IMG/VR virus record: IMGVR_UViG_3300015607_004925
Span: 1-64,000 of that record
Direction: 5' to 3' (one strand)
From: a virus
Lineage: Duplodnaviria; Caudoviricetes
DNA: 64,000 nucleotides
The translations under genes were made by a program, and so were the position numbers. The notes under the pieces were generated by a model. It was given only the letters and a program-made list of their open reading frames with translations, ran no database searches and had not been told where the DNA came from. Positions within the stretch are counted from its first letter, which is position 1. Each line of letters begins with the position of its first letter. This document shows, piece after piece, positions 34,845 through 45,138 of the stretch.

Positions 34845-36587
34845 TCAACACAGCTCCGACGTGGGGGTCACGTTGGTGTCGCCGGCGAACGGGTTTGCGG
34901 GGTCACTGGCCGTGATGGCAGTTCCGTCGTTGGCGATGACCGGCGTCACGGGAACAGAAGGCAATCCCGTCGCAGGGTCCACGCTCGTCGCTTGCGAGGG
35001 CGTCAGGGGGCGCATGTCAGGACCAAACACCGCGGCCTCCGCCTGCGTGACGACCGTGTCGATCGAGGCGAGGATCCCCATCAGCGGGTTGGTCGCGGTC
35101 GCGGGACCGAACAACGCTTCGAAGAAGGCGATGACCGTCGCCAGATCCGCGAGACGTGGTGCTCCGGCCACGATGCAGAGGCCGCAGACGTATTCGCCGC
35201 CGTCGAACGGAGGGCGCGAGGGATCTGTTTTGTCGTTGAGCCGCCGCGCCAGCTCGGCCATGAGGAACGCGTTGCCGCCCGTCTCACTCGACATCTGCGT
35301 GATGTACAAACTCGGGATCGGCGCCGATAGCGCCGTCGACAGCCGTTTCACGTCGTCGAGCAGCTCCTTCGAGCGCGCGGCGACGCGCTGGGTAGCACCG
35401 GCGGCGAGCGCGATCGCGTCGTTCAATTTGTCGAGCGGCGAGGTCGAAGGCTTGAGCAGCACGCGCGCTTCCTCGATGAGCGCTTGCGTGCCTGCTGCGA
35501 GCCCGGGAAACAGGTTGATCGCGGAACTCGTCGCGCTCCAGTTCGGTGCTTGTCCTGTTTGCTGCGGGGCGGGCGCTTTGGGCACGACCTTGACCACGCT
35601 CGAGAGCCGGCTGAATGGCAACGTGACCGCAGCCTCGTCGTTCTCGAAGACGTCGGTCTCCCACGTCACGCAGTAGAACTGTGGCAGCGTCGCGTCGATC
35701 GTCCCGTCCGTGTCGAGGAACGCCGAGTTCTTCCCGGTGCCGACCGCGACTACCTTGTAGTCACCGTTCGTCATGCCCTCGGTGAGCGTCTGCGTAGGGA
35801 ACAACTCGAGCACGCTCGTCGCCGCCTGCAGCTTGGGATTCGACGAGCGGATGACGGCGTAGCGCCGCACGCTGAAACGCACGCCCGGGAAGGATGCCAG
35901 CGTGATCGGATTCTTCGGCGGGTCCCAGTCGAGGCGGACGCCAACACCGGGCGACGCCGACGTACCTACGACACGCCCGACGACGTTTTGCGGTACGGGC
36001 AACGTGCGCGCCGCCATCGTGTCGCCGTTCTTCGGCTTGGCGATCAGGTCGAGCGTCGTCGCGGCGCTGGTGATGGTCGCGTACCGCGGCGCGCCGACGA
36101 GCAACGTGACCATCACGACGGCGTCGTGTTGGGCGTCATACTGCGGGCGGTTGTGGTCCGCGAGGTCCATGAGGGACTGCGCGAACGTGTTGTAGAAGCC
36201 CGCGTTGCCGCCGTTCTTGGTGACCATGGCGGCGTAGGCGTCTGCCGCGGCAGTGCCTGCAGGGCCCAGCGTGATATCGAGCGCAGCTTGGAGGTCGTTG
36301 ATTGTCGGCGGCAGGGCGGGCAGGGTCTTGACGGGCGGCGTCTTCACGATCGGGATCGGCAACATGTGTACCCGCCCGCCCATGAGGAGCGCTTGCAGCG
36401 TGTCGAGCAGCGCGTTCGCCACCGCCCGCGCGGCGTCGAGCGGCGACGGCAGCGACGGTGTCGTCGGAACCGAGAGCGATGCCGGGACCTCGAGCACCTG
36501 ACCAAGCAGGTCGGCGATCGCGGTGATTGCCGTCACGACCTCGGACGGGACGAGCTGGTTGGGGTTGAGCGTCGTCCAGTCGCTCAT
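34845..36587 (-). CDS. putative baseplate protein
   Basis: position downstream of spike gene; Fn3-like central segment. Confidence 0.5.
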   Translation of the reverse strand: MSDWTTLNPNQLVPSEVVTAITAIADLLGQVLEVPASLSVPTTPSLPSPLDAARAVANALLDTLQALLMGGRVHMLPIPIVKTPPVKTLPALPPTINDLQAALDITLGPAGTAAADAYAAMVTKNGGNAGFYNTFAQSLMDLADHNRPQYDAQHDAVVMVTLLVGAPRYATITSAATTLDLIAKPKNGDTMAARTLPVPQNVVGRVVGTSASPGVGVRLDWDPPKNPITLASFPGVRFSVRRYAVIRSSNPKLQAATSVLELFPTQTLTEGMTNGDYKVVAVGTGKNSAFLDTDGTIDATLPQFYCVTWETDVFENDEAAVTLPFSRLSSVVKVVPKAPAPQQTGQAPNWSATSSAINLFPGLAAGTQALIEEARVLLKPSTSPLDKLNDAIALAAGATQRVAARSKELLDDVKRLSTALSAPIPSLYITQMSSETGGNAFLMAELARRLNDKTDPSRPPFDGGEYVCGLCIVAGAPRLADLATVIAFFEALFGPATATNPLMGILASIDTVVTQAEAAVFGPDMRPLTPSQATSVDPATGLPSVPVTPVIANDGTAITASDPANPFAGDTNVTPTSELC

Positions 36588-36730
36588 CGCGTCGTCTTCT
36601 CCGCAAGTGCGCGCACGCGTGCGGCACGCAGGCGCTTCTTCTCCATGTCGATACGAACAAGGCGGCCATGTAGCTCGGCGAGCTTACCGAGCACGACCCC
36701 GATCGCCGGCTGACCTTGCCACTTAGTCAT
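36584..36730 (-). CDS. small basic protein (48 aa)
   Basis: overlaps both neighbours (MTKWQGQP...TTR). Confidence 0.5.
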   Translation of the reverse strand: MTKWQGQPAIGVVLGKLAELHGRLVRIDMEKKRLRAARVRALAEKTTR

Positions 36731-38129
36731 TGCGTACCTTCGTCGAGACGTATGGCACCTGGACGCCGACCTTCGCCGCGAAGACAGCGATCTTGGCCAT
36801 CACGGCCGCGAGCCCGATCGGATTCGACGGCACGAGGTTGCCGATCGCGCTCGAGAGGTCGCCGAGAAACGCGGCGAAGTCGATGAGGAACGTATCGAAC
36901 TTCGGGATCGGGTGTTGCCCGTTCGGTCCGAGGATGACTTGCGCGCCGTCGACCTTTGCCTGGCCCGTGGCCTCGAGCTTGGCGGCGGCGCGCGCGACGA
37001 GCGCGATGTCGCCGGTTGCAGAAGCCTTCCAGTCACCGTCGACGGCGTGCGTGTCATCATCGCCGATGCTCGTCGTGCGCTTGCCGGCGACCACCGCGGT
37101 CTGGTCGCCGCCGACGCCGTGCGTGTGATCGCTGCCGACGTACTGCGTAGCAGCTCCTGCCGTCGACCACGTTCCCGACCCGCCGATGCTCGTCGAGTGG
37201 TCGCCGTCGATGAGGTGCGCGTAGTTCCCCTTGATCGCGTGCGTCTCGTCACCGCCGACGGCGGTCGCGCGCGCACCGGCGATGTCGTGACGCTGTTCGG
37301 CTAGCCCGCCGGCGCCTGACGAGATGTCGACGCCGCCGTCGCCGTAGAGCTGGACGCGTCCGTCCGATCCGGCATGCAGGCGGAAGAGGATCTTGCCCTC
37401 GGGTTCGACGACCTTGAAGTCGAGCACGTCACCCGTCGCGCCAAGGTCAAGCTGGATCGTCCAGTGCTGCTCATCGCGCCCTGTCTGCGTGGTCTGGCTT
37501 GCACCTGCACGCAGCACGAAGGACGTGCGGCCTTGCTTGTTCTCCATCCGCCACTGTCCGAAGTCCGAGAAGCCGTCCATGACGCGCGCGACGTGCCGGA
37601 GCAGTCCTTGCGCGGCGAACGATTGCACCTGCGCGCTGGGCGCGCCGAGCAGCGACAGCCCGCCTTCGAGCACGGCGACGTGATTGCCGAGCGTGCCAAC
37701 CTGCGCCCAGTCGCCACCGCCCATATCCGTCGGTGCATGCGGCGGTCGGTAGTTGTTCGAGCCCTCGGTCGGCTGGGTCGCGTCGTCTTGACCAACGCCC
37801 GCGACACCAGTGAGCGTCGGCGCCGGGATCGCGGACTGTGCGGGTCCGACGAGGTCAAGGATGCCGATGATGACCGGCATGCCGAGGTCCCACGACACTA
37901 CGACCTGTGTGCCCGTTTGCAGGTGATCGAAGCTGCCTTGCGTGTGCCGCATCTGCGGCACGTCTTGCAGCGGTCGACCACTGTCTGTGCGTACCAGGGC
38001 TGTGTGTGTGCCCGAGTTGTACGCGATGACCGTGCCGATCTCCCAGTTCCGCCGTCCCGTCGGGCGATCGCGCGCGGCTACGCCTGCGCCAAGGTTGGCG
38101 GCGCCTCGCTTTTGAAGCGGATCGCTCAC
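36723..38129 (-). CDS. baseplate central spike (gp5/VgrG-like)
   Basis: N-terminal OB-like region; 8-residue VGGD.T..I.G beta-helix repeats. Confidence 0.8.
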   Translation of the reverse strand: MSDPLQKRGAANLGAGVAARDRPTGRRNWEIGTVIAYNSGTHTALVRTDSGRPLQDVPQMRHTQGSFDHLQTGTQVVVSWDLGMPVIIGILDLVGPAQSAIPAPTLTGVAGVGQDDATQPTEGSNNYRPPHAPTDMGGGDWAQVGTLGNHVAVLEGGLSLLGAPSAQVQSFAAQGLLRHVARVMDGFSDFGQWRMENKQGRTSFVLRAGASQTTQTGRDEQHWTIQLDLGATGDVLDFKVVEPEGKILFRLHAGSDGRVQLYGDGGVDISSGAGGLAEQRHDIAGARATAVGGDETHAIKGNYAHLIDGDHSTSIGGSGTWSTAGAATQYVGSDHTHGVGGDQTAVVAGKRTTSIGDDDTHAVDGDWKASATGDIALVARAAAKLEATGQAKVDGAQVILGPNGQHPIPKFDTFLIDFAAFLGDLSSAIGNLVPSNPIGLAAVMAKIAVFAAKVGVQVPYVSTKVRND

Positions 38130-38142
38130 CCCGCCTACGCTA

Positions 38143-38478
38143 TCACGGACGCCGCGCGGTGCTCGTCGTGTTGGGGGTCGGGATGTTGTCGCTGCTGCGG
38201 GCGCCCTCGAACTTCTTGTCCGACCAGTAGAATGAAACGTAGAAGTTGAGGACGACGACGCTGTCGAACACGAGCAGCGCTGTCGTGAAGAACTGCCACG
38301 TCGTCTGACCTGTCAGCGCGAGCACCAGCAGCGTGTTGGTGTAGGTGAAGAGTAGGCAGCCCGCGAAGATGGCCAGGCTCACCGGGTTCTTGCGGAACTT
38401 CCAGCCGCGGTAGAACCGCACCGCAAGCGGCAGCCACGCAAGCGCCAACACACACGCCAGGACGATGACAGCGGTCAT
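38143..38478 (-). CDS. 3-TM membrane protein
   Basis: three hydrophobic helices. Confidence 0.65.
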   Translation of the reverse strand: MTAVIVLACVLALAWLPLAVRFYRGWKFRKNPVSLAIFAGCLLFTYTNTLLVLALTGQTTWQFFTTALLVFDSVVVLNFYVSFYWSDKKFEGARSSDNIPTPNTTSTARRP

Positions 38479-38711
38479 GGTTCTTTGGAAGATACCTTGT
38501 CCGCGTTGCCATCGTCGATCCGAACGAACGGCGCCGTCGGGTCTCGTCCGAACTTGGCACGGTAGGCGATCATCGCGCTACGGCGCAGTGCGTCGATTTC
38601 CGCGTTGGTCTTGATGAAGAAGTTCTCGCTGCGCCGACCGCACTTGACTTCGGTGAAGACGATCCACGCGATCACGACAGCAAGCACGGCGGTGATGAGC
38701 CAGGGGGTCAT
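38475..38711 (-). CDS. single-TM protein
   Basis: WLITAVLAVVIAWIVF; ATGA overlap. Confidence 0.6.
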   Translation of the reverse strand: MTPWLITAVLAVVIAWIVFTEVKCGRRSENFFIKTNAEIDALRRSAMIAYRAKFGRDPTAPFVRIDDGNADKVSSKEP

Positions 38712-38719
38712 CGGGTCAC

Positions 38720-39013
38720 CTACCTTTGGTGCTCCGGCAGGTGGGCCGGCGCACGGTCGTTCGTAGGTTTGGCGTGCCACCCGTCTACGGTCTTGGCCAT
38801 GATGGTCACGGCGGTGAGCAGGTTCTGGATCGCTTCGGTGAAGCGGTCCATCCGCTTTTCGACGCGCCACATGAACCACAGCGCGACGAACACAGGGAAT
38901 CCGAACTCGCGAATGACGCCTAGTGTGTTGTCGGCGCCGCTGCCGTTCGGGTCGGCAGCGCCGGTCCCGAACAGCACGATCGCGAACAGTAGGGCGAGTC
39001 GGAGGGGCTTCAC
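38720..39013 (-). CDS. YvrJ/BhlA-like holin
   Basis: I.EFGFPVFVALWFMWRVEKRMDRFTEAIQNL. Confidence 0.7.
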   Translation of the reverse strand: MKPLRLALLFAIVLFGTGAADPNGSGADNTLGVIREFGFPVFVALWFMWRVEKRMDRFTEAIQNLLTAVTIMAKTVDGWHAKPTNDRAPAHLPEHQR

Positions 39014-39015
39014 GG

Positions 39016-39783
39016 CTAGGCGTCCACCACGCCGGGGGAGGCCAGGCTCTCGTCGACGTCACCGCTCGACAGGAATGTGCCGTCGACGAAGCTGAGCACC
39101 GAGTCGATGCTCGTCGCCGTGATGCCGTCGCCCGAGGCATGCGGCCGAACGCCCGCCGGCGTGTCGGCGCCGAACGGCAGGAGGCGGTCGCTCATGCCCG
39201 AGACGTTCTCGAGCACGAGGTTCTGGCCGGCGTTCCAGCCGATCGCGTAGCTGGTGAGCATCGACAGCTCGGCGTAGAAGCCGCCACAGTAGCCGTGCGT
39301 CTTGTCGCGGAACACCGCGCCCAGTCCGAACGGGATGAGGAACAGCTCGCTGTCGAGGTTGATGAAGAACTTCTTGCCTGCCGGGTTCGAGTCCGCGGCT
39401 TGGTCGTCGAACTGGCTGGGGTCGATGCCGCCGGCGACCGCGTTGTGGTAGAGGACGCGCAGCAGGTTGCGGCCGTTCACGAAGAGGCGGCCCATCGTCC
39501 ACTGTGTCTGGGCCTTCCCTGAGACGTAGAACGAGCGCCCCGAGCCGATGGCCATCATCGGCTGCGTCGGCTTGGTCTGCGTGAAGTTCACGGCCTGCAG
39601 CATGCCGATCGCGAGCAAGCTCGCGGCGCCACCTTCGCGGAGACCGTGCTTGCGCGCGGGACCTGCCATCACGAGCGTGTCGTCGGGATGCGCCGCGGTG
39701 TACGCGGCGTTGTCCATCACCCGCTCGACGTAGCTCTCCTGGAACTTCCAGGTGTCGAAATTTTTCACCACTCCGAGCGCCAT
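39016..39783 (-). CDS. tail tube protein
   Basis: IGMLQ.VN.TQ...QPMMAIGS.R.F.V.GK; near sheath gene. Confidence 0.75.
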   Translation of the reverse strand: MALGVVKNFDTWKFQESYVERVMDNAAYTAAHPDDTLVMAGPARKHGLREGGAASLLAIGMLQAVNFTQTKPTQPMMAIGSGRSFYVSGKAQTQWTMGRLFVNGRNLLRVLYHNAVAGGIDPSQFDDQAADSNPAGKKFFINLDSELFLIPFGLGAVFRDKTHGYCGGFYAELSMLTSYAIGWNAGQNLVLENVSGMSDRLLPFGADTPAGVRPHASGDGITATSIDSVLSFVDGTFLSSGDVDESLASPGVVDA

Positions 39784-39785
39784 GT

Positions 39786-40385
39786 TCAGGCTCCTTGTGT
39801 GCCGCGTGCGATCTCGAGGCCCTTGACGTTACCGATTGTAGCGCCGAGACCTGCGAGCAGGGTTGAAAGTGGGACGCCAAGTGGTCCCGTGACAGGATGC
39901 CCGACGAGCTTGTCGATGACGTGGCCGACGCCGTGGCCGACGAGGCCGCCGCCGAGCGTGCCGAGGCCCTGTCCCGCGACGTTGCGCGCGATCTCGCCGC
40001 CGGTCTGTTTACCGCGGACGCCCTCGACGACCGGCCACGCGAGGCCGCCGAGGTCGCCGCCGACGACGTCGCCGAAGTGACCTGCCATCTTCGGGCCGAC
40101 CATCTGCGCACCCGCAACCGCCCACGGTGGGATGTCGGTCATCGCGGCGTCGATGTTGTACGGCGCGCCCGGCGGGATGTTCCGCTCGGCCCGTTCCGCC
40201 TTCTCACGCAGGAGACCGCCGGTGACGCCGCCCGTGACGCCGCCAAGCAGTGCGCCGACGTCGGGCGACAGACCGATCCGTGGACCGAGCGTCTTACCGG
40301 CGAAGCCGCCGAGCGCCGGCCCCGCCACCGCCGGAAAAATGGCGGCGAGGCTCGCGCGCTTGATGAAGAAGCGTTCGACGGACAT
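39786..40385 (-). CDS. Gly-zipper K-x-A protein
   Basis: IKRA, PKMA; multiple GxxxG helices. Confidence 0.65.
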   Translation of the reverse strand: MSVERFFIKRASLAAIFPAVAGPALGGFAGKTLGPRIGLSPDVGALLGGVTGGVTGGLLREKAERAERNIPPGAPYNIDAAMTDIPPWAVAGAQMVGPKMAGHFGDVVGGDLGGLAWPVVEGVRGKQTGGEIARNVAGQGLGTLGGGLVGHGVGHVIDKLVGHPVTGPLGVPLSTLLAGLGATIGNVKGLEIARGTQGA

Positions 40386-41113
40386 CAGCCCATCATGCCC
40401 TGGGGCTGTGGGGGCTGCTGCATCTTCTGGCCGAGCGCGCCGCCAGCCATCGATGCGGCCTGGTCGAACGCGGCACCGCCGAGCCCGCCCGCGATGCGCG
40501 GCGCGACCTTGCCCGCGATGCCGCCGAGGGCTTTGCCTGCGACGCCGCGACCGAGCGCGCCGAGGCCCGCGCGCGCGAGCGTCGGGCCCGCGATCGCGCC
40601 GAGCATCGGCAGGAAGGCGACCTTGATGCCGAGCGCGCCGAGCGCGGCTTCGGCGCCGGCGGTGTAGTGGTCGGTGAGCGCGCCGTACTTGCCCGCATGT
40701 CCGTATATGAGCTTCTGTGCCTTGGGCCACAGATTGTAATCCATGCGGCTCAGTGCTTCGGCGGCGGCAGGTTGAGCAAGCGCCGCGGTATCGCGCGCGA
40801 CAGTGTCGATTCCGTGCAGTTGAGAACTGAGGTTTCCGTGCAGCCCGCCCACCCCGGCACCGATGACCGCGTCGCGAAGCGGATGCTCGTCGCCACTGAC
40901 CAGGCTGGCGAGTCCACCGACGCCCGCGCCGAGCGCGGCGCCACCGAGCGGCGAACGCATGAGCGCGCTCGCGTCGAACGCCAGCTTCTCCTCGCGGCCG
41001 TGGTTCTCGCGCGACACGACGATGTTTACGCCGACGCCGCCGTTCTCGCGAAGATGGTGCGAGGCACCTTTCACGAGGTCGGCGATGAACTTGTCGAAGA
41101 AGGCGTCGGACAC
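40385..41113 (-). CDS. Gly-zipper K-x-A protein
   Basis: EKLA, IKVA; HYTAGAEAALGALG. Confidence 0.65.
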   Translation of the reverse strand: MSDAFFDKFIADLVKGASHHLRENGGVGVNIVVSRENHGREEKLAFDASALMRSPLGGAALGAGVGGLASLVSGDEHPLRDAVIGAGVGGLHGNLSSQLHGIDTVARDTAALAQPAAAEALSRMDYNLWPKAQKLIYGHAGKYGALTDHYTAGAEAALGALGIKVAFLPMLGAIAGPTLARAGLGALGRGVAGKALGGIAGKVAPRIAGGLGGAAFDQAASMAGGALGQKMQQPPQPQGMMG

Positions 41114-41128
41114 GGTGGTCTCCTTGGG

Positions 41129-43501
41129 CTACGCCACGAGGTGCAGCTCGATGACGTTCAGGGGCTTGGGCAGGCCGATGGCGAGGTGGGTGATCACCCG
41201 GTCCGCCGACGTCGGCGAGACGCCGATGTCTGTGATGGCGAACGAGGTCAGCGGCGCACCGATCTTGGCGATCGTGCGGAGCTTGAGCAGGTCACCGCCG
41301 GTGTTCAGGGCGCCCTGGAGGAGCGTGAGCGTCTCCTGGGTCACGTTGTACTGGCCGAGGAAGTCCTCGAGGATGTCGACGAAGAACAGCGACACGAAGT
41401 CGAAATTCTTTACCACCGAGTACTCGCCGCTCTCGAGCGTCGACGGGTCGGTGGTCAGCTGGTGGACCGCGAACGGCAGCGACGAGGGCGTCTTCTGCGC
41501 GAACACGAACCAGCCGCCGTTCGACAGGTCAGTGAGCTGCGTGTCGGTGAAGTACGTGTTCGAGTCGTAGATCTGCGACACGCCGGCGATGCCGAGGTTG
41601 GTGAAGCCCTGCTGCGACGGCAGCCCGGCGGTCATGCCGCCGATCGCGCACGCCAGGTAGAAGCCGGGCTGCTGGGTGCCGCCGGTGACACCAGCGACAT
41701 CGCACTTGTCGGGCCACGCGAGGACCGTGCGCTTGCTGTTGAACGACTGCGCCACCGCGATCAGCTCGCTCACCTGCTGGCTCTTCGAGAGCGTGCGAAC
41801 GATCTGGTAGTTGACGGTCGTCGCGCCGACGAGTGCGCTGCCCGCGCGCTTGACGCCGTGTGGCAGCTCGTTCTCGACCGACGAGCTGTCCTGGCCGTTG
41901 TTGACGATCTGGATGCGCTGATCGCTGAGCACCGCCTGCACGACGAACGACGTGAAGACGCTCGCCGTGGTGATCGTCGCGTTGGGGTCGACAGGGATCT
42001 GGACGATGTCGCCGGCGGCGACGGCGCTCGACACGAACGTTCCGCTCGCGTCCTTGAGGATGAGGTAGTAGTCCGGCGCCGCGGCCGTGACCACGCCGGT
42101 GAGCGCCGCGGAGGCGACGCGCACCGTAGTGCCGTCGGCCTCCGTGATGCTCGCCGTGATGTTGCACGAGCCTGCGCCGGCGAACGGCGACTCGACGTCG
42201 ATCTGGAGATCGGTTGCCGACAGCACCGCCGCGATGTTGTAGTTCGCGACCACGATCTTGGTCGCGTCGCTGGTGACCGTGACCTTCAGGATGTCACCCG
42301 GGATGACGCCGCTCGTGATGAGCGACGTGATGCCCGTCAGCGTCACCTTGGTGATCTCGCCGCCACTCGAGCTTGTGAGCTGGAGCGGGTTGCCCGTCGC
42401 CGACGGCTCGACGATCGTCTTGGTCACCGGCAGCGTGCCGTTGCCGATGACGACACGGAAGCGCTGCGGGCGGCCGCGCGTGTTGTCGGGCAGCGCCAGG
42501 CCGACGCAATCCGTGTTCCACATCGCGAAGACCGTCACGTCGGTCGTCAACGGGACGATCGCGTAGACGTCCGAGCGCGCGGAGATGTGGTCGCGCACCG
42601 TGACGTGACCCGTGAGATCGTCGGTGAGCACGCCCACGAACTGCACGACCGAAGTCGTGTTCTCGAGCGCGACGAACGCGCCGGCTGCGAGCGGGTTGCG
42701 AGCGTCGATGCGGCCGATCTTCGACACGATCTCGTCCGCGGACTCGACCGTGTCGAGGTCGCCGAGGTCCTGGCGCAGCGCGCGGTACTGCTCGTAGACC
42801 ACCGCGTACGACACCGGCTTGGAGCCCTGGCCCGTCACCGTGATGCTCACGCCGCCGGCGATCTTGACGATGTTGCCGGTGACCGTGACGTACGAGGCGT
42901 CGATCTGGACGTCGTTGACCGTGCGCTCGATGTACCAGTGCTGATTGGCCGCCGGCGTGAACGTGCCGCCGGTGAAGTCCGACGTGGTGAGCAGGCGCGT
43001 GTCGCTGACCACGGAGGCCACCGTGAGACGCACGATGTTCGAGCCCGCGTCGACGATCACCAGCCGGTCGCCCGGCTTCACCTGGCCTGCGCCTGCCGTG
43101 TTGAACGTGGTCGGCGACGTCTCGGCCGTGTCGAACTGGTTCGGCGTCAGGGACGCCGTCGTGCCCTTCGTCCCGCTCACGATCCGCGCGCGCGCCTGGT
43201 CGAAGAAGATCTTCACGGAGGCGCTGTCGAGCACGGCGCCGACGGCGTTGTTCGGTGGCTCGGCCACGGTGATCACCGCAGGGCCCGTCGGCAACGCGAC
43301 GTCCGGCGACGGCTCGAGCGTGCCGTACGCGGCCGTGACCAGGATGTCCGCCTTGTCCGCGTAGTCCGTAGTTCCGGGCGTGAAGTAGTCCTGGATGTGG
43401 TACGCGGGGCCGACCACCAGACAGTTCAAGTCCGGGTTCGTCGGCGTCACCGTCGGCGTGGCCAGGTCCTGATACACGAGTACGACTGGGCGGATGGCCA
43501 T
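41129..43501 (-). CDS. contractile tail sheath protein
   Basis: C-terminal sheath motifs (HQLTTD, SVVKNFDFV, PKPLNVIELHL). Confidence 0.85.
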   Translation of the reverse strand: MAIRPVVLVYQDLATPTVTPTNPDLNCLVVGPAYHIQDYFTPGTTDYADKADILVTAAYGTLEPSPDVALPTGPAVITVAEPPNNAVGAVLDSASVKIFFDQARARIVSGTKGTTASLTPNQFDTAETSPTTFNTAGAGQVKPGDRLVIVDAGSNIVRLTVASVVSDTRLLTTSDFTGGTFTPAANQHWYIERTVNDVQIDASYVTVTGNIVKIAGGVSITVTGQGSKPVSYAVVYEQYRALRQDLGDLDTVESADEIVSKIGRIDARNPLAAGAFVALENTTSVVQFVGVLTDDLTGHVTVRDHISARSDVYAIVPLTTDVTVFAMWNTDCVGLALPDNTRGRPQRFRVVIGNGTLPVTKTIVEPSATGNPLQLTSSSGGEITKVTLTGITSLITSGVIPGDILKVTVTSDATKIVVANYNIAAVLSATDLQIDVESPFAGAGSCNITASITEADGTTVRVASAALTGVVTAAAPDYYLILKDASGTFVSSAVAAGDIVQIPVDPNATITTASVFTSFVVQAVLSDQRIQIVNNGQDSSSVENELPHGVKRAGSALVGATTVNYQIVRTLSKSQQVSELIAVAQSFNSKRTVLAWPDKCDVAGVTGGTQQPGFYLACAIGGMTAGLPSQQGFTNLGIAGVSQIYDSNTYFTDTQLTDLSNGGWFVFAQKTPSSLPFAVHQLTTDPSTLESGEYSVVKNFDFVSLFFVDILEDFLGQYNVTQETLTLLQGALNTGGDLLKLRTIAKIGAPLTSFAITDIGVSPTSADRVITHLAIGLPKPLNVIELHLVA

Positions 43502-43576
43502 CGCTAGATCTCCGTATCCATGGGGGTTGCGGAAATTATAGTGGGACCGCGCCGATTTCCCGACCGAGACCTTCGC

Positions 43577-44290
43577 CTACTTGCGGTCGCGCCAGCCCAG
43601 GGCGATGTCCTCGAAGAACGTCGTCGCGTCATCGTTGCCGGAGGCCACCACCGCCATCGCGATCTCGTTGAGCAGCGGGGCCGTCGGCTTGTTCGTCCAT
43701 CGCATGGGGTACTGGACGTTGAACGTGACCGCGGTGATCCACTGGTCCTTGTCGCGGGTGTTCGGCTGGGTCCGGCCGACGACGACCGGCGTCATGTCGT
43801 GGAACCCGAACTTGGCCTGGATGAGGTCGCTCGAGGCGTGGAGGAACACGCCCACGATGTCGCCCAGGATCGCGCTCTCGGCGCGCTTGCCCGCGATGCA
43901 CTCGATGAGGATCGGCACGACCTGCAGATCCCAGAACCCGACGAGGCCCGTCTTGAGGTTCTGGCCCGCGCGGTCGCCGAGCACGACGCGGCCGTGCGTC
44001 TGGTCGTCGCAGTCGATGAACACCGCGGGTCGGAAGTTACGATGCTCCTTGTCCTCGTTGAACGCGCTCTCGACGGCGAGCTTGGTCTTCTTGATGTCGG
44101 GGTCCCACCGCCACTGGAAATCAGGCGGCACCACGCTCGCCGCGAACCGACGGCGGATCACCTCGACGAACACGCCGAGTACCGCGAGCTTGGAGCCCGG
44201 ACGAATCGAGACGTGCTGCGCGCCTTCGGGCGAGGGTTGCAGCTTGGGGTCGGGCACGAAGCCCGGCGGTGGGATCGGCTTTTCGGACAT
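43577..44290 (-). CDS. tail terminator/neck protein
   Basis: position between neck and sheath; RPAVFI motif. Confidence 0.6.
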   Translation of the reverse strand: MSEKPIPPPGFVPDPKLQPSPEGAQHVSIRPGSKLAVLGVFVEVIRRRFAASVVPPDFQWRWDPDIKKTKLAVESAFNEDKEHRNFRPAVFIDCDDQTHGRVVLGDRAGQNLKTGLVGFWDLQVVPILIECIAGKRAESAILGDIVGVFLHASSDLIQAKFGFHDMTPVVVGRTQPNTRDKDQWITAVTFNVQYPMRWTNKPTAPLLNEIAMAVVASGNDDATTFFEDIALGWRDRK

Positions 44291-45138
44291 CAGTAGAGCG
44301 GTGGGACCGCCTCCGGGTCGACGAGGATCTTGTACTCGATCGAGTTGCGCCCGAGCAGCGACGCCGTGAGCTTCTGGTGCACCGGCACGCTCTTCAGCTC
44401 GGTGTGGTGAACGCGCTGCACCTGGTAGCGGTCGTTCCGCACCAGGTCGACGACGATGTCCTTGTACTCGATGAGCGGGTAGTCGAGGACGTTGAAGTCG
44501 GCGTACTTGACGTCGTTGTCGCCGTCGGAGGTCATCTTCGTCTCGACCGACGCGGCCTCGCGGCGGCCGCGGATCAGCGTGGGCGCCCAGTACCCGCCGG
44601 CGTACGACGTGCCGAAACACGTCAGGCAGTGCTCGAGCGTCGCCTGGCCTGTCGCCGCGTCCCAGCACGTCGGGCAGCGCTCACCCCAGCGCCGGCGCTT
44701 GAGTACGACGAGCGGCACGCCGTTGAGTCGCCGGTAGCCGGTAGCCTGGTCGCGGAGGATCTTGCGCTTGAGCAGGCGCGTGCGCGCGTCGAGCCCGGGC
44801 TCGACGGGCGTCGGCTCGCACGTGAACGCGTTGGCGGTCCCCGACGGCGGCGTGACTGTGATCAGGTAGTAGACCACGCGCGCGAGCGAGAACAGGTTCG
44901 TGCCTTCGCGCCCGTTGCTGCCCGCCGGCGCCGGCGGGAAGTTCCAGGTGTCCTTGTCGTCGAGGAAGTTGTATGCGTCGCGCAGGCCGACGGCGATCGT
45001 CTCCCACGGACCCGACGGTGACTCGGCCCGCGCGATGTCGACGAAGTGCGCGCCTGTCTCGTCGGCGTTGATGTCCCACTGGACGAACACCGAGTTCGGA
45101 AAGAGCGCCGTCGTGCGGCGGATCTCGACGCTCGCCAT
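44290..45138 (-). CDS. head closure/neck protein
   Basis: KRRRWGERCPTCWD...CLTCFGTSY.GGY. Confidence 0.65.
   Translation of the reverse strand: MASVEIRRTTALFPNSVFVQWDINADETGAHFVDIARAESPSGPWETIAVGLRDAYNFLDDKDTWNFPPAPAGSNGREGTNLFSLARVVYYLITVTPPSGTANAFTCEPTPVEPGLDARTRLLKRKILRDQATGYRRLNGVPLVVLKRRRWGERCPTCWDAATGQATLEHCLTCFGTSYAGGYWAPTLIRGRREAASVETKMTSDGDNDVKYADFNVLDYPLIEYKDIVVDLVRNDRYQVQRVHHTELKSVPVHQKLTASLLGRNSIEYKILVDPEAVPPLY

Noticed and set aside
34845-43501. T6SS or extracellular contractile injection system
   Set aside because: Sheath, tube and spike are co-linear with neck, capsid and prohead protease genes, so this is a phage tail.
40667-43507. 946-aa + strand ORF, and similar long ORFs at 53770-56409, 26760-28760, 58000-59682 and 49919-51823
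   Set aside because: Antisense or off-frame shadows of real high-GC genes; Arg-rich, with no motifs or SD.
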